Virus record (IMG/VR): IMGVR_UViG_3300042301_002170
DNA length: 64,000 bases
Direction: 5' to 3' (one strand)
From: a virus
The stretch's first letter is position 1; every line of letters begins with the position of its first letter. Below the pieces are notes generated by a model. That model was not told where the DNA came from, made no database searches, and saw only the letters and a list, made by a program, of their open reading frames with translations. Below are positions 1-10,573 of this stretch, in pieces. The position numbers and the translations under genes are program-made.

Positions 1-1
1 T

Positions 2-913
2 GAATTAAGAGCTAGATTGGCTGAATTAGAAGGTGGACCAGATGGTGAAGAAGATGAAAATCCTTTTGCAGCTACTGAAGAAGAAGACCCATACGCAATG
101 GCAGGTGGTGAAGAAGAAGAAAATCCGTTTGGTGAAGAAGAAGACCCATATGCGGGTGAAGAAGAAGGTGAAATGGGATTAGAAGCCATTATCAGAGAAT
201 TAGAAGCACAATTAGGTGAAGAAGATGGCGAAGAAGAAGCAGGTGAAGAAATTCCAGCAGAAGACCCTAACGCAGCACAAATTGCAGAATTAAGAAGACA
301 ATTAGCTGAATTAGAAAATGGTGAAGAAGCTCCAGCGGCAGAAGAAGAACCAAAAACGGAATCTAAAAGATTAAGAGAATCACGTAGAAAATTGAGAGAA
401 GATTATACTGACGGAGCTGAGGCAGGAACTGACCCAGATGGTGAGAAAGTAATCGACTTAGAAGAAATTCTTCGTGAAATGGAAGATGATTTGAAAGATA
501 AAGTTGAAGAAGGTGAAGAAGAGGATGCGGAAGAATTGAAAGCAGACTTAAACGAAGCTTACAAAACTATCAAATCATTACAAAGAACAATTAACGAAGT
601 GAACTTATTGAACGCTAAGTTATTATTCGCAAACAAATTATTCAGAGCTCATAACATGACTAACGAACAGAAAGTTAAAGTTATTGAAACTTTGGATAGA
701 ACAAAATCAGTAAGAGAAGTTAAATTGGTTTACTCTACATTAGCAGAGAATTTCAAATACACTTCATCAAACAGAATTGCTAAGAAATCAATCGCAGAAG
801 GAATTGCAAGTAAAGTAGTTAAATCTACAAAACCATCAGCTCAGAAGCAAGTGATTTCAGAATCTACTACAATTTCTAATAGATTCAAAAAATTAGCTGG
901 TATTATTAAATAA
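2..913 (+). CDS. Prohead core/scaffolding protein (5'-truncated; frame is open from the window start)
   Basis: Very acidic, coiled-coil protein directly upstream of the capsid gene. C-terminus ends in RFKKLAGIIK, typical of T4-like scaffolds, and it carries several (I/L)xE motifs. The frame is open upstream of the TTG at 17. Confidence 0.75.
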   Translation, partial: ELRARLAELEGGPDGEEDENPFAATEEEDPYAMAGGEEEENPFGEEEDPYAGEEEGEMGLEAIIRELEAQLGEEDGEEEAGEEIPAEDPNAAQIAELRRQLAELENGEEAPAAEEEPKTESKRLRESRRKLREDYTDGAEAGTDPDGEKVIDLEEILREMEDDLKDKVEEGEEEDAEELKADLNEAYKTIKSLQRTINEVNLLNAKLLFANKLFRAHNMTNEQKVKVIETLDRTKSVREVKLVYSTLAENFKYTSSNRIAKKSIAEGIASKVVKSTKPSAQKQVISESTTISNRFKKLAGIIK

Positions 914-933
914 TAAAAACAATTAAATTCAAA

Positions 934-2559
934 ATGAACTTAAAAAAATTAATGACAGGTGCTAACCCACAGAGCGTAATGCTTGAGCAAACTAGAGGTT
1001 TGAAAGGCAAGTGGGAAAAAACAGGATTACTTGAAGGAGTAGGTTCTGAAACAACTAAGCATGGTATGGCAGTAATGTTAGAAAACCAAGCTAAGCAATT
1101 ATTGGACGAGGCAACTCGTACAGGTACATCTTCTGGTTCAGAAGAGTGGGCAGGTGTTGCTCTTCCATTGGTACGTCGTATCTTCGGTTCTATCGCAGCG
1201 AAAGAATTCGTTTCGGTTCAACCAATGAACTTACCATCAGGACTTATTTTCTATATGGATTTCAAATATGGTACTGATACTACAGTAGGTAGACCAGCTT
1301 CTGGTTCTTCTATGTTCGGTAACGGTGGAACTTTTGGTAAAGATTCTTTATCTCCAGATGGTAACAAATTGGGTTCTACTCAAGCTACTGAAGGTGGTCT
1401 TTACGGAGCAGGACGTTTCGGATATACAATCAATGATTCAGACGTTGCAAAATCAGCTACGTTAGCATCTGCATCTTTAGCAAGTATTTCATTTGATTTA
1501 TCTGATTCTACTATTTCTTCATCTTATGCAGCAGGTAAACTTAAAAAATTAACTGTAGCATTACCAGATGATGCAGATTTTAGTGGTGTAAGAGCATTTG
1601 ATTTTGTACAATCAGGTTCTGGATTTACATTATATCCTCAATTTACTGTTAAAGATGGTTCAAACGTAGTATTCGTAGCAGGAGTTACTGCAGAAAGTAC
1701 TTACGCAGGAGCAACTACGGTAGGTGGTACTTTAGCATACCACAAACAACCAACTGACATCTCTAGAGGTGACTTTGAAGATAGAGGAGCTGATTTAGCG
1801 ATTCCAGAAATCGAATTAGAATTGAAATCTGAGCCTATCGTGGCTAAGACTCGTAAATTGAAAGCAATCTGGACTCCAGAATTAGCGCAAGATTTAAATG
1901 CATACCACTCAGTAGATGCAGAAGCTGAATTAACTCAAATGTTATCTGAGTATATCTCATTAGAGATTGACTTAGAAATCTTAGAGATGTTGCAGCAAAA
2001 CGCATTCACAACTGATTACTGGTCTGCAAGAGTTGGATACGATTACAATTCTGGAAACGGAACATTTGCAATCGATGCTAACGCAGCAGCAGCTTCAGCA
2101 TACACAAAATCAACTTGGTATCAAACTTTAGGTATCAAATTGCAAAAAGTATCTAACAAGATTCACCAATTGACTATGAGAGGTGGAGCAAACTTCTTAG
2201 TTGTTTCTCCAAACGTAGCTACAATCTTAGAATCAATGAACGGATTCTCTGCAAACCCTGGTAAAGATGCTTTAACTTTTGCAGCAGGTGTAACTAACAT
2301 CGGTTCTATCTCAAACAGATATGATGTTTACAAAAACCCTTATATGACTGAGAACGTTATCTTATTAGGTTTCAAAGGTTCTAACTTCTTCGAGACAGGT
2401 GCGGTTTACGCTCCATATGTACCGTTGATTATGACTCCATTAGTGTACGACCCAACTAACTTCACTCCAAGACGTGGTGTTATGACTCGTTACGCTAAGA
2501 AAATCGTTAGACCAGAATTCTACGGTAAAATCTTAGTTGAAGGATTAGAGACTCTTTAA
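934..2559 (+). CDS. gp23: Major capsid protein, T4 gp23-like
   Basis: Motifs ALPLVRR, VSVQPMNLPSGLIFYMDF, VAKTRKLKAIWTPELAQDLNAYH, DAEAELTQMLSEYISLEIDLEIL and YAPYVPL..TPRRGVMTRYA are characteristic of gp23-type capsids. Confidence 0.95.
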   Translation: MNLKKLMTGANPQSVMLEQTRGLKGKWEKTGLLEGVGSETTKHGMAVMLENQAKQLLDEATRTGTSSGSEEWAGVALPLVRRIFGSIAAKEFVSVQPMNLPSGLIFYMDFKYGTDTTVGRPASGSSMFGNGGTFGKDSLSPDGNKLGSTQATEGGLYGAGRFGYTINDSDVAKSATLASASLASISFDLSDSTISSSYAAGKLKKLTVALPDDADFSGVRAFDFVQSGSGFTLYPQFTVKDGSNVVFVAGVTAESTYAGATTVGGTLAYHKQPTDISRGDFEDRGADLAIPEIELELKSEPIVAKTRKLKAIWTPELAQDLNAYHSVDAEAELTQMLSEYISLEIDLEILEMLQQNAFTTDYWSARVGYDYNSGNGTFAIDANAAAASAYTKSTWYQTLGIKLQKVSNKIHQLTMRGGANFLVVSPNVATILESMNGFSANPGKDALTFAAGVTNIGSISNRYDVYKNPYMTENVILLGFKGSNFFETGAVYAPYVPLIMTPLVYDPTNFTPRRGVMTRYAKKIVRPEFYGKILVEGLETL

Positions 2560-2583
2560 TCTTAATCAATTAGAGTAATCATT

Positions 2584-2617
2584 AAGGGAGGACAGAAATG
2601 TTCTCCCTTTTTGTTTT
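2584..2617 (+). terminator. Intrinsic terminator after the capsid gene
   Basis: AAGGGAGGACA-GAAA-TGTTCTCCCTT hairpin with a GNRA loop, followed by a T-rich tract. Confidence 0.85.
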
Positions 2618-2647
2618 ATAGGAATATCAGTTCTTTTTTATTTCTTA

Positions 2648-2655
2648 TATTTATA
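2648..2655 (+). promoter_or_regulatory. Putative late promoter TATTTATA (neck operon)
   Basis: Motif sits between the terminator and the ATG at 2680. The same motif precedes many other structural genes. Confidence 0.6.
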
Positions 2656-2679
2656 GGTGTAAAACTATAAATTTTCATT

Positions 2680-3876
2680 ATGTCTGTAAACACATACTGG
2701 TCAGGTTCAGTATCTGGCTCATTTATATCGGGTTCATCTACTCCTTTTGGAATTTACGATTCAGATACTGAGTTTAGAATTGATGCACCCAAAACTGCAA
2801 CATGGGTAGCAAAACGATTGGGTTGGCCAATTGTAAATATTGAATTGGATAATGACCAAATATTTACTTGTTTTGAAGAATCTGTTTCAGAGTATTCGGC
2901 ACAAATAAACCAATTTAATCTTCGTAATAACCTTGATATTTTAAGAGGACAACCAAAGGGGAGAGTTGCAAACTTTTCTCAAACACTTGTAGATGGTTCA
3001 TTTTTACCTACTGCAGTTCGTATGGCACAACAATATGGAACTTTGGCAGGAGTTGGAGGTTCAACATCTATTAAGAAAGCATATGTAACTCTAACATCAT
3101 CGGTTCAAATATATGATATAATGGAAGGTGCAACTGATGTAGAATCGGGTCTTTCTTTTGGAGCAATATTTAGTGGTTCATCCACAATTGATGTTACAAG
3201 AGTTTATCACGAAGCAGTTCCTGCAATTACTCGTTTCTTTGACCCATATTCAGTTGGAGCTCAAGGTACATTGAATTTAATGAGTGAGTTAGGATTTGGT
3301 AATTACTCTCCTGCGGCACAATTCTTAATGATGCCTTTATATGAGGATGTTCTAAGAATGCAACATATTGAATTTAATGACCACATTCGTAAATCGGCAC
3401 ATTCATTTAATATAGTAGATAATAAATTAGAAATATTCCCCGTTCCTTCTATAAATCATCCAGAAAGAATATACTTTGAGTATATTAGTAGAGATGAATT
3501 TGAACATGATTCTCAAACAATTCAAGCAGATTCACTTTCGGATTATTCAGATATTCCATACGATTTCATTCAATATTCAAACATAAATGATGTTGGTAAA
3601 CAATGGATTCGTAAGTACACGTTGGCTCTCTCTAAAGAGTTACTAGGGGCAATTAGAGAGAAGTATTCATCTATCCCTATACCTGATGCAGAAATCTCTT
3701 TAGATGGGGCAGCATTGAGAGCAGAGGCACAGGTAGAGAAAGATATGCTAATTACCCAATTAAGAGAAAACTTAGATGAGATGAGTAGAAAGAATGTGAT
3801 GGAAAATAAAGCACATGAATCCACTCACCATCAGGAAATGCTAAGAAAAGTTCCTTTAAGATTATATGTAGGATAA
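2680..3876 (+). CDS. Neck/head-tail adaptor protein (gp13-like)
   Basis: Position after the capsid gene. Motifs LGWPIVNIELDNDQI and WIRKYTLALSKELLG.IR.KY..IP.P.....LDG..L resemble gp13-type neck proteins. Confidence 0.7.
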   Translation: MSVNTYWSGSVSGSFISGSSTPFGIYDSDTEFRIDAPKTATWVAKRLGWPIVNIELDNDQIFTCFEESVSEYSAQINQFNLRNNLDILRGQPKGRVANFSQTLVDGSFLPTAVRMAQQYGTLAGVGGSTSIKKAYVTLTSSVQIYDIMEGATDVESGLSFGAIFSGSSTIDVTRVYHEAVPAITRFFDPYSVGAQGTLNLMSELGFGNYSPAAQFLMMPLYEDVLRMQHIEFNDHIRKSAHSFNIVDNKLEIFPVPSINHPERIYFEYISRDEFEHDSQTIQADSLSDYSDIPYDFIQYSNINDVGKQWIRKYTLALSKELLGAIREKYSSIPIPDAEISLDGAALRAEAQVEKDMLITQLRENLDEMSRKNVMENKAHESTHHQEMLRKVPLRLYVG

Positions 3877-3877
3877 T

Positions 3878-4333
3878 ATGCCAAAGTTTTCAATAGGTAG
3901 AGATTTAGATTTTTTTCATAGTATTGCCAGAGAATTGGTAGATACTGTGATAGAAAATACTTTTGTATTGTTTAAAATAGATTTAAATTCTACAACAGTA
4001 AATATTTACGGAGAATCGTTAAACAAAACTTGGCATCCTGGTGTTGAACTATTTGGTTTAGTAGATAAAGACCCGGAAGGAGTTACATATGAGGGATTTG
4101 GTTCTGAAGCCACTCAAACTATGACTTTTAAAGTTGATAGAGAATTGTGTGAAGAACGAAAAGTATATCCGGAAATTGGTGATGTTATATATTACGATGA
4201 TTCTTATTATGAAATTGATAATACAAATGAAATTCAGTTTGTAGCAGGTTCTCCTGATAATAATTGGAGTATTGTAATATCATCATTTGAAGTAAGTAAA
4301 TCGAATCTAAACATAGAAAAAAGAATAGATTAA
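3878..4333 (+). CDS. Head closure/neck protein (gp14-like)
   Basis: Synteny after the neck gene. Motifs NIYGES, FG, YPEIGDVIYY and YYEI fit head-closure proteins. Confidence 0.6.
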   Translation: MPKFSIGRDLDFFHSIARELVDTVIENTFVLFKIDLNSTTVNIYGESLNKTWHPGVELFGLVDKDPEGVTYEGFGSEATQTMTFKVDRELCEERKVYPEIGDVIYYDDSYYEIDNTNEIQFVAGSPDNNWSIVISSFEVSKSNLNIEKRID

Positions 4334-4334
4334 T

Positions 4335-5444
4335 ATGTCTACTAACCCATTAAAAAAAACAGATAGGATTCTGCAATCAAAATCTACAAAAGGAGACTTA
4401 AAACAAAGTATCTCTCTTTTTGATATAGATTATGCAATGATGTCTTATTTAGAAGATACTGCATTACCTACATTGGATAATAATGGAGTAGCAGTTAAAA
4501 TACCTGTAATTTATGGTAATTCCGAAAGATGGAATGGAGCTAGAAGACAGGGTGTTTTTAGAGATAATAAAGGTAAAATACAATTACCAATAATGATGAT
4601 TCGTAGAACATCTATTGCAAAAGATGACCAAATGCCAATGAACAATAGGCATGTTTCATATCAAGGTATTACAAAATATTCAAAAGATAATAGATACGAT
4701 AGATTTACATTATTGGGTAAAAATGTACAACCTAAATATGAAATTTATAAAATACAAATGCCAGAATATGTTGAATTAAACTATGATTGCATGGTTTGGA
4801 CTTCATATACAGAACATTTGAATTCAGTAATAGAACAATTACAATATACTGGAACATATTGGGGTGATAAGGATAAGTTTAAATTTAGAACATCGTTAGG
4901 TGATTTCAATGTTGTAAACGAAGTAGGAGAAGGAACGGAAAGAATTAACAGAGTTGAATTTAGTTTAACAGTTAAAGCATATTTACTACCTGAAAAATTT
5001 GATGGTGATACTAATATTAAAAAATCATTTTCTACAAAAAGAATTATTGTTGCAACTGAAACGGATGTAACTGCAAATGGTAGATTAGAAGGAATGCTTA
5101 CAACTCCATCTCCATATTATGATAACAAAGATTTAATTGATTTTCTTTCAATAAACAATAGTAAAGTAGTAGATGGGGGAACAAATTCGGCAACATTTGA
5201 AAATGTAAAGTTAATACAAGCACCCCCACAATTAGTATCTGTAATTAGTACTGGATTAACATATGGAGAAAACTCATATGATGTTAAGTTGTATATAAAT
5301 GGTGTAAGATATTATCAAACAACACATTTTACTGTAACATCATATACAAACAACATACTAACATTAGCGTTATCCCCTGGATTTCCAGTAGATAATAATG
5401 ATGAAATTACTATTACAGGTAAATTTATTGAAATTCTTCCATAA
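4335..5444 (+). CDS. Tail terminator/sheath stabiliser (gp15-like) with C-terminal beta-sandwich extension
   Basis: VKIPVIYGNSERW, LPIMMIRRTSI, P.YVELNYDCMVWT, LNSVIEQL and FSLTVKAYLLP, plus position in the neck cluster. Confidence 0.6.
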   Translation: MSTNPLKKTDRILQSKSTKGDLKQSISLFDIDYAMMSYLEDTALPTLDNNGVAVKIPVIYGNSERWNGARRQGVFRDNKGKIQLPIMMIRRTSIAKDDQMPMNNRHVSYQGITKYSKDNRYDRFTLLGKNVQPKYEIYKIQMPEYVELNYDCMVWTSYTEHLNSVIEQLQYTGTYWGDKDKFKFRTSLGDFNVVNEVGEGTERINRVEFSLTVKAYLLPEKFDGDTNIKKSFSTKRIIVATETDVTANGRLEGMLTTPSPYYDNKDLIDFLSINNSKVVDGGTNSATFENVKLIQAPPQLVSVISTGLTYGENSYDVKLYINGVRYYQTTHFTVTSYTNNILTLALSPGFPVDNNDEITITGKFIEILP

Positions 5445-5773
5445 TGAAAAGAAGCCTTTTAGATATAACACAAAAAATCAGTAGAAAACCTGGCAAAGCG
5501 GTTTTAACTCCAAAGGATTTAACAAATTCTACTCATTTTATTTATGAAGCAACGGGTTGGAGATTTGTGAGTATATTAAGAGAAATTGAATACAGAACTA
5601 CGCAAGACAGATTGCAAGTTTATATTAATACACAGACAATAAGTGGAACAGATTATATAGTTGAAGAAGGTGGGAATGGTTTATTAATTAAATTTATTAG
5701 AAGTGAATTTCAATATAATTTAGATTCACAGGATTACATAGAAATAAAAGGAGATATAGAACAATATGCTTAA
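5444..5773 (+). CDS. Virion structural protein, small beta-sandwich (possible fibre-anchoring collar protein)
   Basis: Coupled to the previous gene. QVYINTQ..SGTDYIV...LIKF...LDSQDYIEIKG pattern is shared with its neighbours. Confidence 0.45.
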   Translation: MKRSLLDITQKISRKPGKAVLTPKDLTNSTHFIYEATGWRFVSILREIEYRTTQDRLQVYINTQTISGTDYIVEEGGNGLLIKFIRSEFQYNLDSQDYIEIKGDIEQYA

Positions 5774-6317
5774 AAGATTTTCATCAAATACACGAAAATT
5801 AAATAGAATCATTCCAAAAGTTAATACTAACAATTTGAATGATAATTCGTATTTGACAGGAAGTTTGTTAAATATAGAACTACCAACTACTCGTTCTTTT
5901 GATTCACATACTCGTTCTAATCCAAATCCAATAAAAGTTGTAAATAACAAAACAATTATATCCGACTTTTATCAAGAAATATTAGAACATAGTGCAAGAT
6001 ACAATCAAAGAGTAATTGATGAATTTGATAATAATTTAAATACATTAACGATATATAATGTTACATTAGATTATGGAACAGAAGGAGCATCTGCTGATAA
6101 TTTTGAAGTATTAGTTTATGGATTACATATTCCAGGAAACTATACAATAAAAGAAGTTGGAAATGATGTAGTAATAACATTAAACGAACAATACATAGAT
6201 TATGATAATGTGACTATTAATGATATTTATGTTATAGGTAAATTGGTGGATATAGAATTAGATACGGAAAATGATATAGATATATTAACCGAAAACGATG
6301 AAAATATAATAATATAA
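5766..6317 (+). CDS. Virion structural protein
   Basis: Overlaps the previous stop, has a similar beta-sandwich C-terminal half, and ends in an acidic LTEN tail. Confidence 0.45.
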   Translation: MLKRFSSNTRKLNRIIPKVNTNNLNDNSYLTGSLLNIELPTTRSFDSHTRSNPNPIKVVNNKTIISDFYQEILEHSARYNQRVIDEFDNNLNTLTIYNVTLDYGTEGASADNFEVLVYGLHIPGNYTIKEVGNDVVITLNEQYIDYDNVTINDIYVIGKLVDIELDTENDIDILTENDENIII

Positions 6318-6318
6318 A

Positions 6319-7119
6319 ATGGCAATAAATAGAGGTAAACGAATATCAGAATTAACGGAATTAACTTCGGCATCATTAAATACTACAATTGTTGGTGTTG
6401 ATAATGGTACTACTTATAAAATTGAGTTGGATACTCTTGCGGATGCAGTTACTTCCAGAGTAAATACATTGGATAGAGAGAGATTACAATCTTTAGAGTC
6501 CGTAACATCTTCATTTGAAACCAAAGGTAGAAGTGTCGTATCGGGGTCATCTCAATTAACTTCTTCATTTGATACAAGATATACATTGAGTGGTAGTGTT
6601 CAGCCATTACCTTCAAATTTATTAAGTTCATCTGCACAAATAACGGCATTTGGATTTATCAGTTCGTCAACAACAATAAACACATCATCATTTGCAACAA
6701 CGGGTTCAAACTCATTTAACGGAAACCAAAATATTACGGGTTCATTAGTAGTAAGTGCAATGGCAGTTGTAGTGGGTGCAGTAACTATACCATCAGCATC
6801 GGTAATATCTTTGACAAGTGGTAGTAGTATTTCGGTAGATGCAAGTGGAGCAATCACAGGTTCATTAACTGGTTCTGTTTTTGGAATTGGTGATGTTGTA
6901 GCATTTAGTGCATCACTTAATAGTAGAATTATTAGTGGTAGTGCGGTAGCAGGAACTATTAGTGGTTCATCACAATTAACATCTTCGTTTGATACAAGAT
7001 ATGCAATTAGTGCTAGTTTTGTTAGTTCATCAAATCTATCATCAATACAAACTATAACATCGGCTTCATACGCAGCATTGACACCGGTAAGTGGAACTCT
7101 TTACATTATAATAGGATAA
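6319..7119 (+). CDS. Ser-rich fibre protein
   Basis: N-terminal KRISELTEL motif; SGSSQLTSSFDTRY occurs twice; ATTGSNSFNGNQ; ends TLYIIIG. Confidence 0.6.
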   Translation: MAINRGKRISELTELTSASLNTTIVGVDNGTTYKIELDTLADAVTSRVNTLDRERLQSLESVTSSFETKGRSVVSGSSQLTSSFDTRYTLSGSVQPLPSNLLSSSAQITAFGFISSSTTINTSSFATTGSNSFNGNQNITGSLVVSAMAVVVGAVTIPSASVISLTSGSSISVDASGAITGSLTGSVFGIGDVVAFSASLNSRIISGSAVAGTISGSSQLTSSFDTRYAISASFVSSSNLSSIQTITSASYAALTPVSGTLYIIIG

Positions 7120-7122
7120 GTT

Positions 7123-8565
7123 ATGCCAGTATTTGGAAATGCAACTTCAATAAGGTTAAATGGGAATTCCGCAACAAAGGCATTTTTGAATAATAATCAA
7201 ATTTGGCCAACAACATCCGCAGTAGTTACTGAAAATTTACTTTTACATTATAACACATTTAATACATCATCATATAATGGTAGTGGGGTAACTATTGCCG
7301 ATATAAGTGGTAATAGTAGAAATGGAACAATTACAGGTTCTCCAACTTGGACTGGTAATTATTTTACTTTTAGTGATGATTATATAACAACACCAAATTT
7401 AAGTTCGGCAATACCTATATCTAATGAAGTTCATTCAGTAGAATTGTGGGTATATCCAACTGATAATGGAGTATTAGTTCAGTATAATGGTACTACAACT
7501 CCAAATGCATCGTATCACTTTTCAGCAATAGAAATAGTTGGTGGTAATTTGGAGGTTGGACTATGGACTGGTGTTGGTGGATTGGCATCAACTGGAAATA
7601 TAGGTGCAGTTTCATTTAATCAATGGCATCAAATAGTTTTAACTTATAATGGTTCAGTATGTAGGGGATACCTTGATGGGGTATTTAAGGGTTCGGTAAA
7701 CTTAACTTTTCAATCACCGATGGATGATTCTCTACTATTTTATATGAACTTTGGTTTTAGAACTGCTACAAGTCAAGGTGATGCAACTAATTTCGATGGT
7801 AGATTTGGTATAATGAGAGTATATAACAAATCATTGACAGATGCAGAAGTTTTAAGTAATTATAATTCTACTTTACCAACAATAGTTAATTTAACCACAA
7901 GTGGGTTGGTATTGTATTACGACCCATCAAGTGTATCTTCATACCCAGGTAGTGGAACAACTATTACGGATTTAAGTGGTAATGGTAGAAATGGAACTAT
8001 GAGTAATATTACATATACATATCCATACTTTACATACAATGGGTCTTCATCACAAATTTCAGTTGCAGATAATGCACTATTAGAACCGGGAAGTGGTGAT
8101 TGGACAATGGAAGTTTGGGTTAATCAATCAGTAGCAGGTAACGATGTTGTATTAGGAAAATTCCCCGCAGGTGGCACACAGGTAAGTTATAGTATTAGAA
8201 CATCTACTTCTACATATTATGCACAAATGGGTTCGGGTATTGGTTCTGGTGCAACCCTATTCCAAAATAGCACATTTCAAGTTGGAACAATTGGAACATG
8301 GTATCAGTTAGTTTATGTATTTACTAATGTCGCTGCTAATACACTCCAAACATTTGTTAATGGTAGTAGTATCGGTAGTGTAGGACATAGTTTGGCAAGT
8401 ATATTAAACACAACCACAGATTTATACATTGGTTCATACAATAATGGTGAATACGCACAATGGTTTGATGGTAAAATTGGAATAACCCGTTTATATAATA
8501 GAGCATTGACATCAGCAGAAGTTTTGAATAATTATAATACAGACAAATCTAAATACGGACTATAA
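7123..8565 (+). CDS. Tandem LamG/concanavalin-like adhesin (two domains)
   Basis: Two repeats of L.L.Y(D/N)....SY.GSG.TI.D.SGNGRNGT ... W.Q.V..Y ... G.IGI.R.YN.AL...EV..NYN. Confidence 0.8.
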   Translation: MPVFGNATSIRLNGNSATKAFLNNNQIWPTTSAVVTENLLLHYNTFNTSSYNGSGVTIADISGNSRNGTITGSPTWTGNYFTFSDDYITTPNLSSAIPISNEVHSVELWVYPTDNGVLVQYNGTTTPNASYHFSAIEIVGGNLEVGLWTGVGGLASTGNIGAVSFNQWHQIVLTYNGSVCRGYLDGVFKGSVNLTFQSPMDDSLLFYMNFGFRTATSQGDATNFDGRFGIMRVYNKSLTDAEVLSNYNSTLPTIVNLTTSGLVLYYDPSSVSSYPGSGTTITDLSGNGRNGTMSNITYTYPYFTYNGSSSQISVADNALLEPGSGDWTMEVWVNQSVAGNDVVLGKFPAGGTQVSYSIRTSTSTYYAQMGSGIGSGATLFQNSTFQVGTIGTWYQLVYVFTNVAANTLQTFVNGSSIGSVGHSLASILNTTTDLYIGSYNNGEYAQWFDGKIGITRLYNRALTSAEVLNNYNTDKSKYGL

Positions 8566-9254
8566 TGCCAATTTCATTTTCAAAAGGATTTAGTATAACA
8601 CCAAATGTGGTATCCAATAATATTGTATCATCTGGATTATTACTCCAATTGGACGCAAATAGTTTAACAAGTTATCCTGGTAGTGGAACAACTGTTTATG
8701 ATTTAACTAATTCATATAACCATACATTGATTGGTGCTACATTTACTACATTGAATGGAATAAAATGTTTTGATTGTACAACCGGAACTAATAGAGTTGA
8801 TGTAAACGGAACAGGTCCAACTTTACCATCAACGGGATATACCTATGTTACTTGGGCGAGAATAATTCCAAGCTCTACCAATTGGAGGTCTTTATTAAGA
8901 ACAACCAATAACGTACCAATTTTAGTTCAAATTGGAACTGATGATTTGGGTTACTACGGAAGTGGAGGTATCGTATTTCAAGACTCAGGATATAATGTTA
9001 CATCGGATGAAGATGTGTGGGTACAATATGCAATAGTTGGGGATAATGTATCTCAAACATTCTACATAAATGGTTCACAAGTAGGAACGGTTGCGTATGG
9101 AGCAGGTGGAGATACTCATTTTGGGTGGGGTAATAACCAAACCGCCGGACAACCTTTTGGACATGTTGCAAATCTTTATTTGTATAATAGAAAATTATCA
9201 ATTGCGGAAATAACACAAAATTATAATGCAATAAAACCGACTTACGGATTATAA
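8565..9254 (+). CDS. LamG-like adhesin
   Basis: GLLLQLDANSLTSYPGSGTTVYDL ... FYING ... LYLYNRKLSIAEITQNYNA. Confidence 0.75.
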   Translation: MPISFSKGFSITPNVVSNNIVSSGLLLQLDANSLTSYPGSGTTVYDLTNSYNHTLIGATFTTLNGIKCFDCTTGTNRVDVNGTGPTLPSTGYTYVTWARIIPSSTNWRSLLRTTNNVPILVQIGTDDLGYYGSGGIVFQDSGYNVTSDEDVWVQYAIVGDNVSQTFYINGSQVGTVAYGAGGDTHFGWGNNQTAGQPFGHVANLYLYNRKLSIAEITQNYNAIKPTYGL

Positions 9255-9275
9255 GAATAAAACATATTTATACAT

Positions 9276-9635
9276 ATGGCAAACTTAATAAGATTAAAAC
9301 AAATAGAAAGTGGTTCGGCATTGAGTACCGCAGCATCGGTTGGACAAGACTTTAGTGCATCGGTATATGAAATTATAGATGCAGCAGGACTTATTTCGTC
9401 ATCTGCACAAGTTTTACTAATATCAGCATCAGGATATAATCAATTAGCAACCGATTTAGAAGTATCTGTAATAAGTTCTTCAATTGCAGCAACCATTAAT
9501 GTAGTTGCAGCAGGAACGGGATTTGTAACAACTGGTTCATTTAATTCATATACTGCATCTTTAGGAGATACATTTGCAACCGATGTAGAGGTTTATCTTA
9601 CTGCTTCGAACATTATAGACCAGGGAGAGTTTTAA
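9276..9635 (+). CDS. Short fibre-associated structural protein
   Basis: N-terminal LIRLKQI; C-terminal FATDVEV..TASNIIDQGEF is shared with the next gene; TATTTATA at 9265-9272. Confidence 0.5.
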   Translation: MANLIRLKQIESGSALSTAASVGQDFSASVYEIIDAAGLISSSAQVLLISASGYNQLATDLEVSVISSSIAATINVVAAGTGFVTTGSFNSYTASLGDTFATDVEVYLTASNIIDQGEF

Positions 9636-9683
9636 TTAAAAAGTTATACTTATAGATAATAAAGTAAATTAAGAAGAATATAG

Positions 9684-10481
9684 ATGGCTCAGTTAATACA
9701 ACATAAAAGAGGTAGATTAGAAAGATTATCGGTAATTACGGGTTCTTTACAAAAAGGAGAAATCTTAATTGTAACCGGTTCATCTAATATTACATCTTCA
9801 AACGGCTCATCTATTTTATTTGCAGCAACCGAAAGTGGTTCAGTTCAAGCTACCAATAGATTTATAATAGGCAGTTCAGCACCAAATGTATTTACTGCAT
9901 CTATTTATGGTGGTTTAGTAAATGGAGTTCCTTATTACGATAGTGGTAGTGGAACTTTATATTTGTTAGGAAGTGATAGTAATACTGCAATTAACCTAAC
10001 AGGTAACATTAGTGCATTTAGTTCATCGGTAGCAACATCATTTAGTGCAAGTAATGCAAGTATAGCAAGTGTAACTGGTGATTTTAGTTCTTCAGTAGCT
10101 CAAACATTTGCAACACAAAGTTTAAACTTATCAAATTTAAGTTCTTCTATTTCTCAATCTATTATTGATATTGTAAGTGCATCATTAAGTAGTTCTTTAT
10201 CAGTTATAGCAACCGATATAGAAGTTTCAATTATTAGTGCATCACTATCATCATCACAAGCTTTAATATCATCATCAATTAGTACATCATTATATAATGC
10301 GTTGGATAATATTGAAACATATTTTCCTTTGGGTGTAATATCATCTTCACAACAAGTCATTGATATATTTAACGCAAACTTCCTATCTGGTTCTACAATG
10401 GCAACCACAGTAGATACTACATTTGCAACCGATGCAGAGTTATTTGTTACTTCTTCTAACTTAGATGCAGGAGAGTTTTAA
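9684..10481 (+). CDS. Ser-rich fibre protein (paralog of the 10574 N-terminus)
   Basis: First ~125 aa align by eye with those of 10574 (IQHKRG/IRHRRG ... SILFAATESGSVQA.NRF ... GVPYY.SGS.TLYLLGSD). Ends NLDAGEF. Confidence 0.65.
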   Translation: MAQLIQHKRGRLERLSVITGSLQKGEILIVTGSSNITSSNGSSILFAATESGSVQATNRFIIGSSAPNVFTASIYGGLVNGVPYYDSGSGTLYLLGSDSNTAINLTGNISAFSSSVATSFSASNASIASVTGDFSSSVAQTFATQSLNLSNLSSSISQSIIDIVSASLSSSLSVIATDIEVSIISASLSSSQALISSSISTSLYNALDNIETYFPLGVISSSQQVIDIFNANFLSGSTMATTVDTTFATDAELFVTSSNLDAGEF

Positions 10482-10573
10482 AAAATATATAAAATATAAT
10501 ACACTTTAGTTATCGGTTACATAAAAAAACAATATTTATAGATTGAGTAACATAGAATAATCAAACCCAAAAT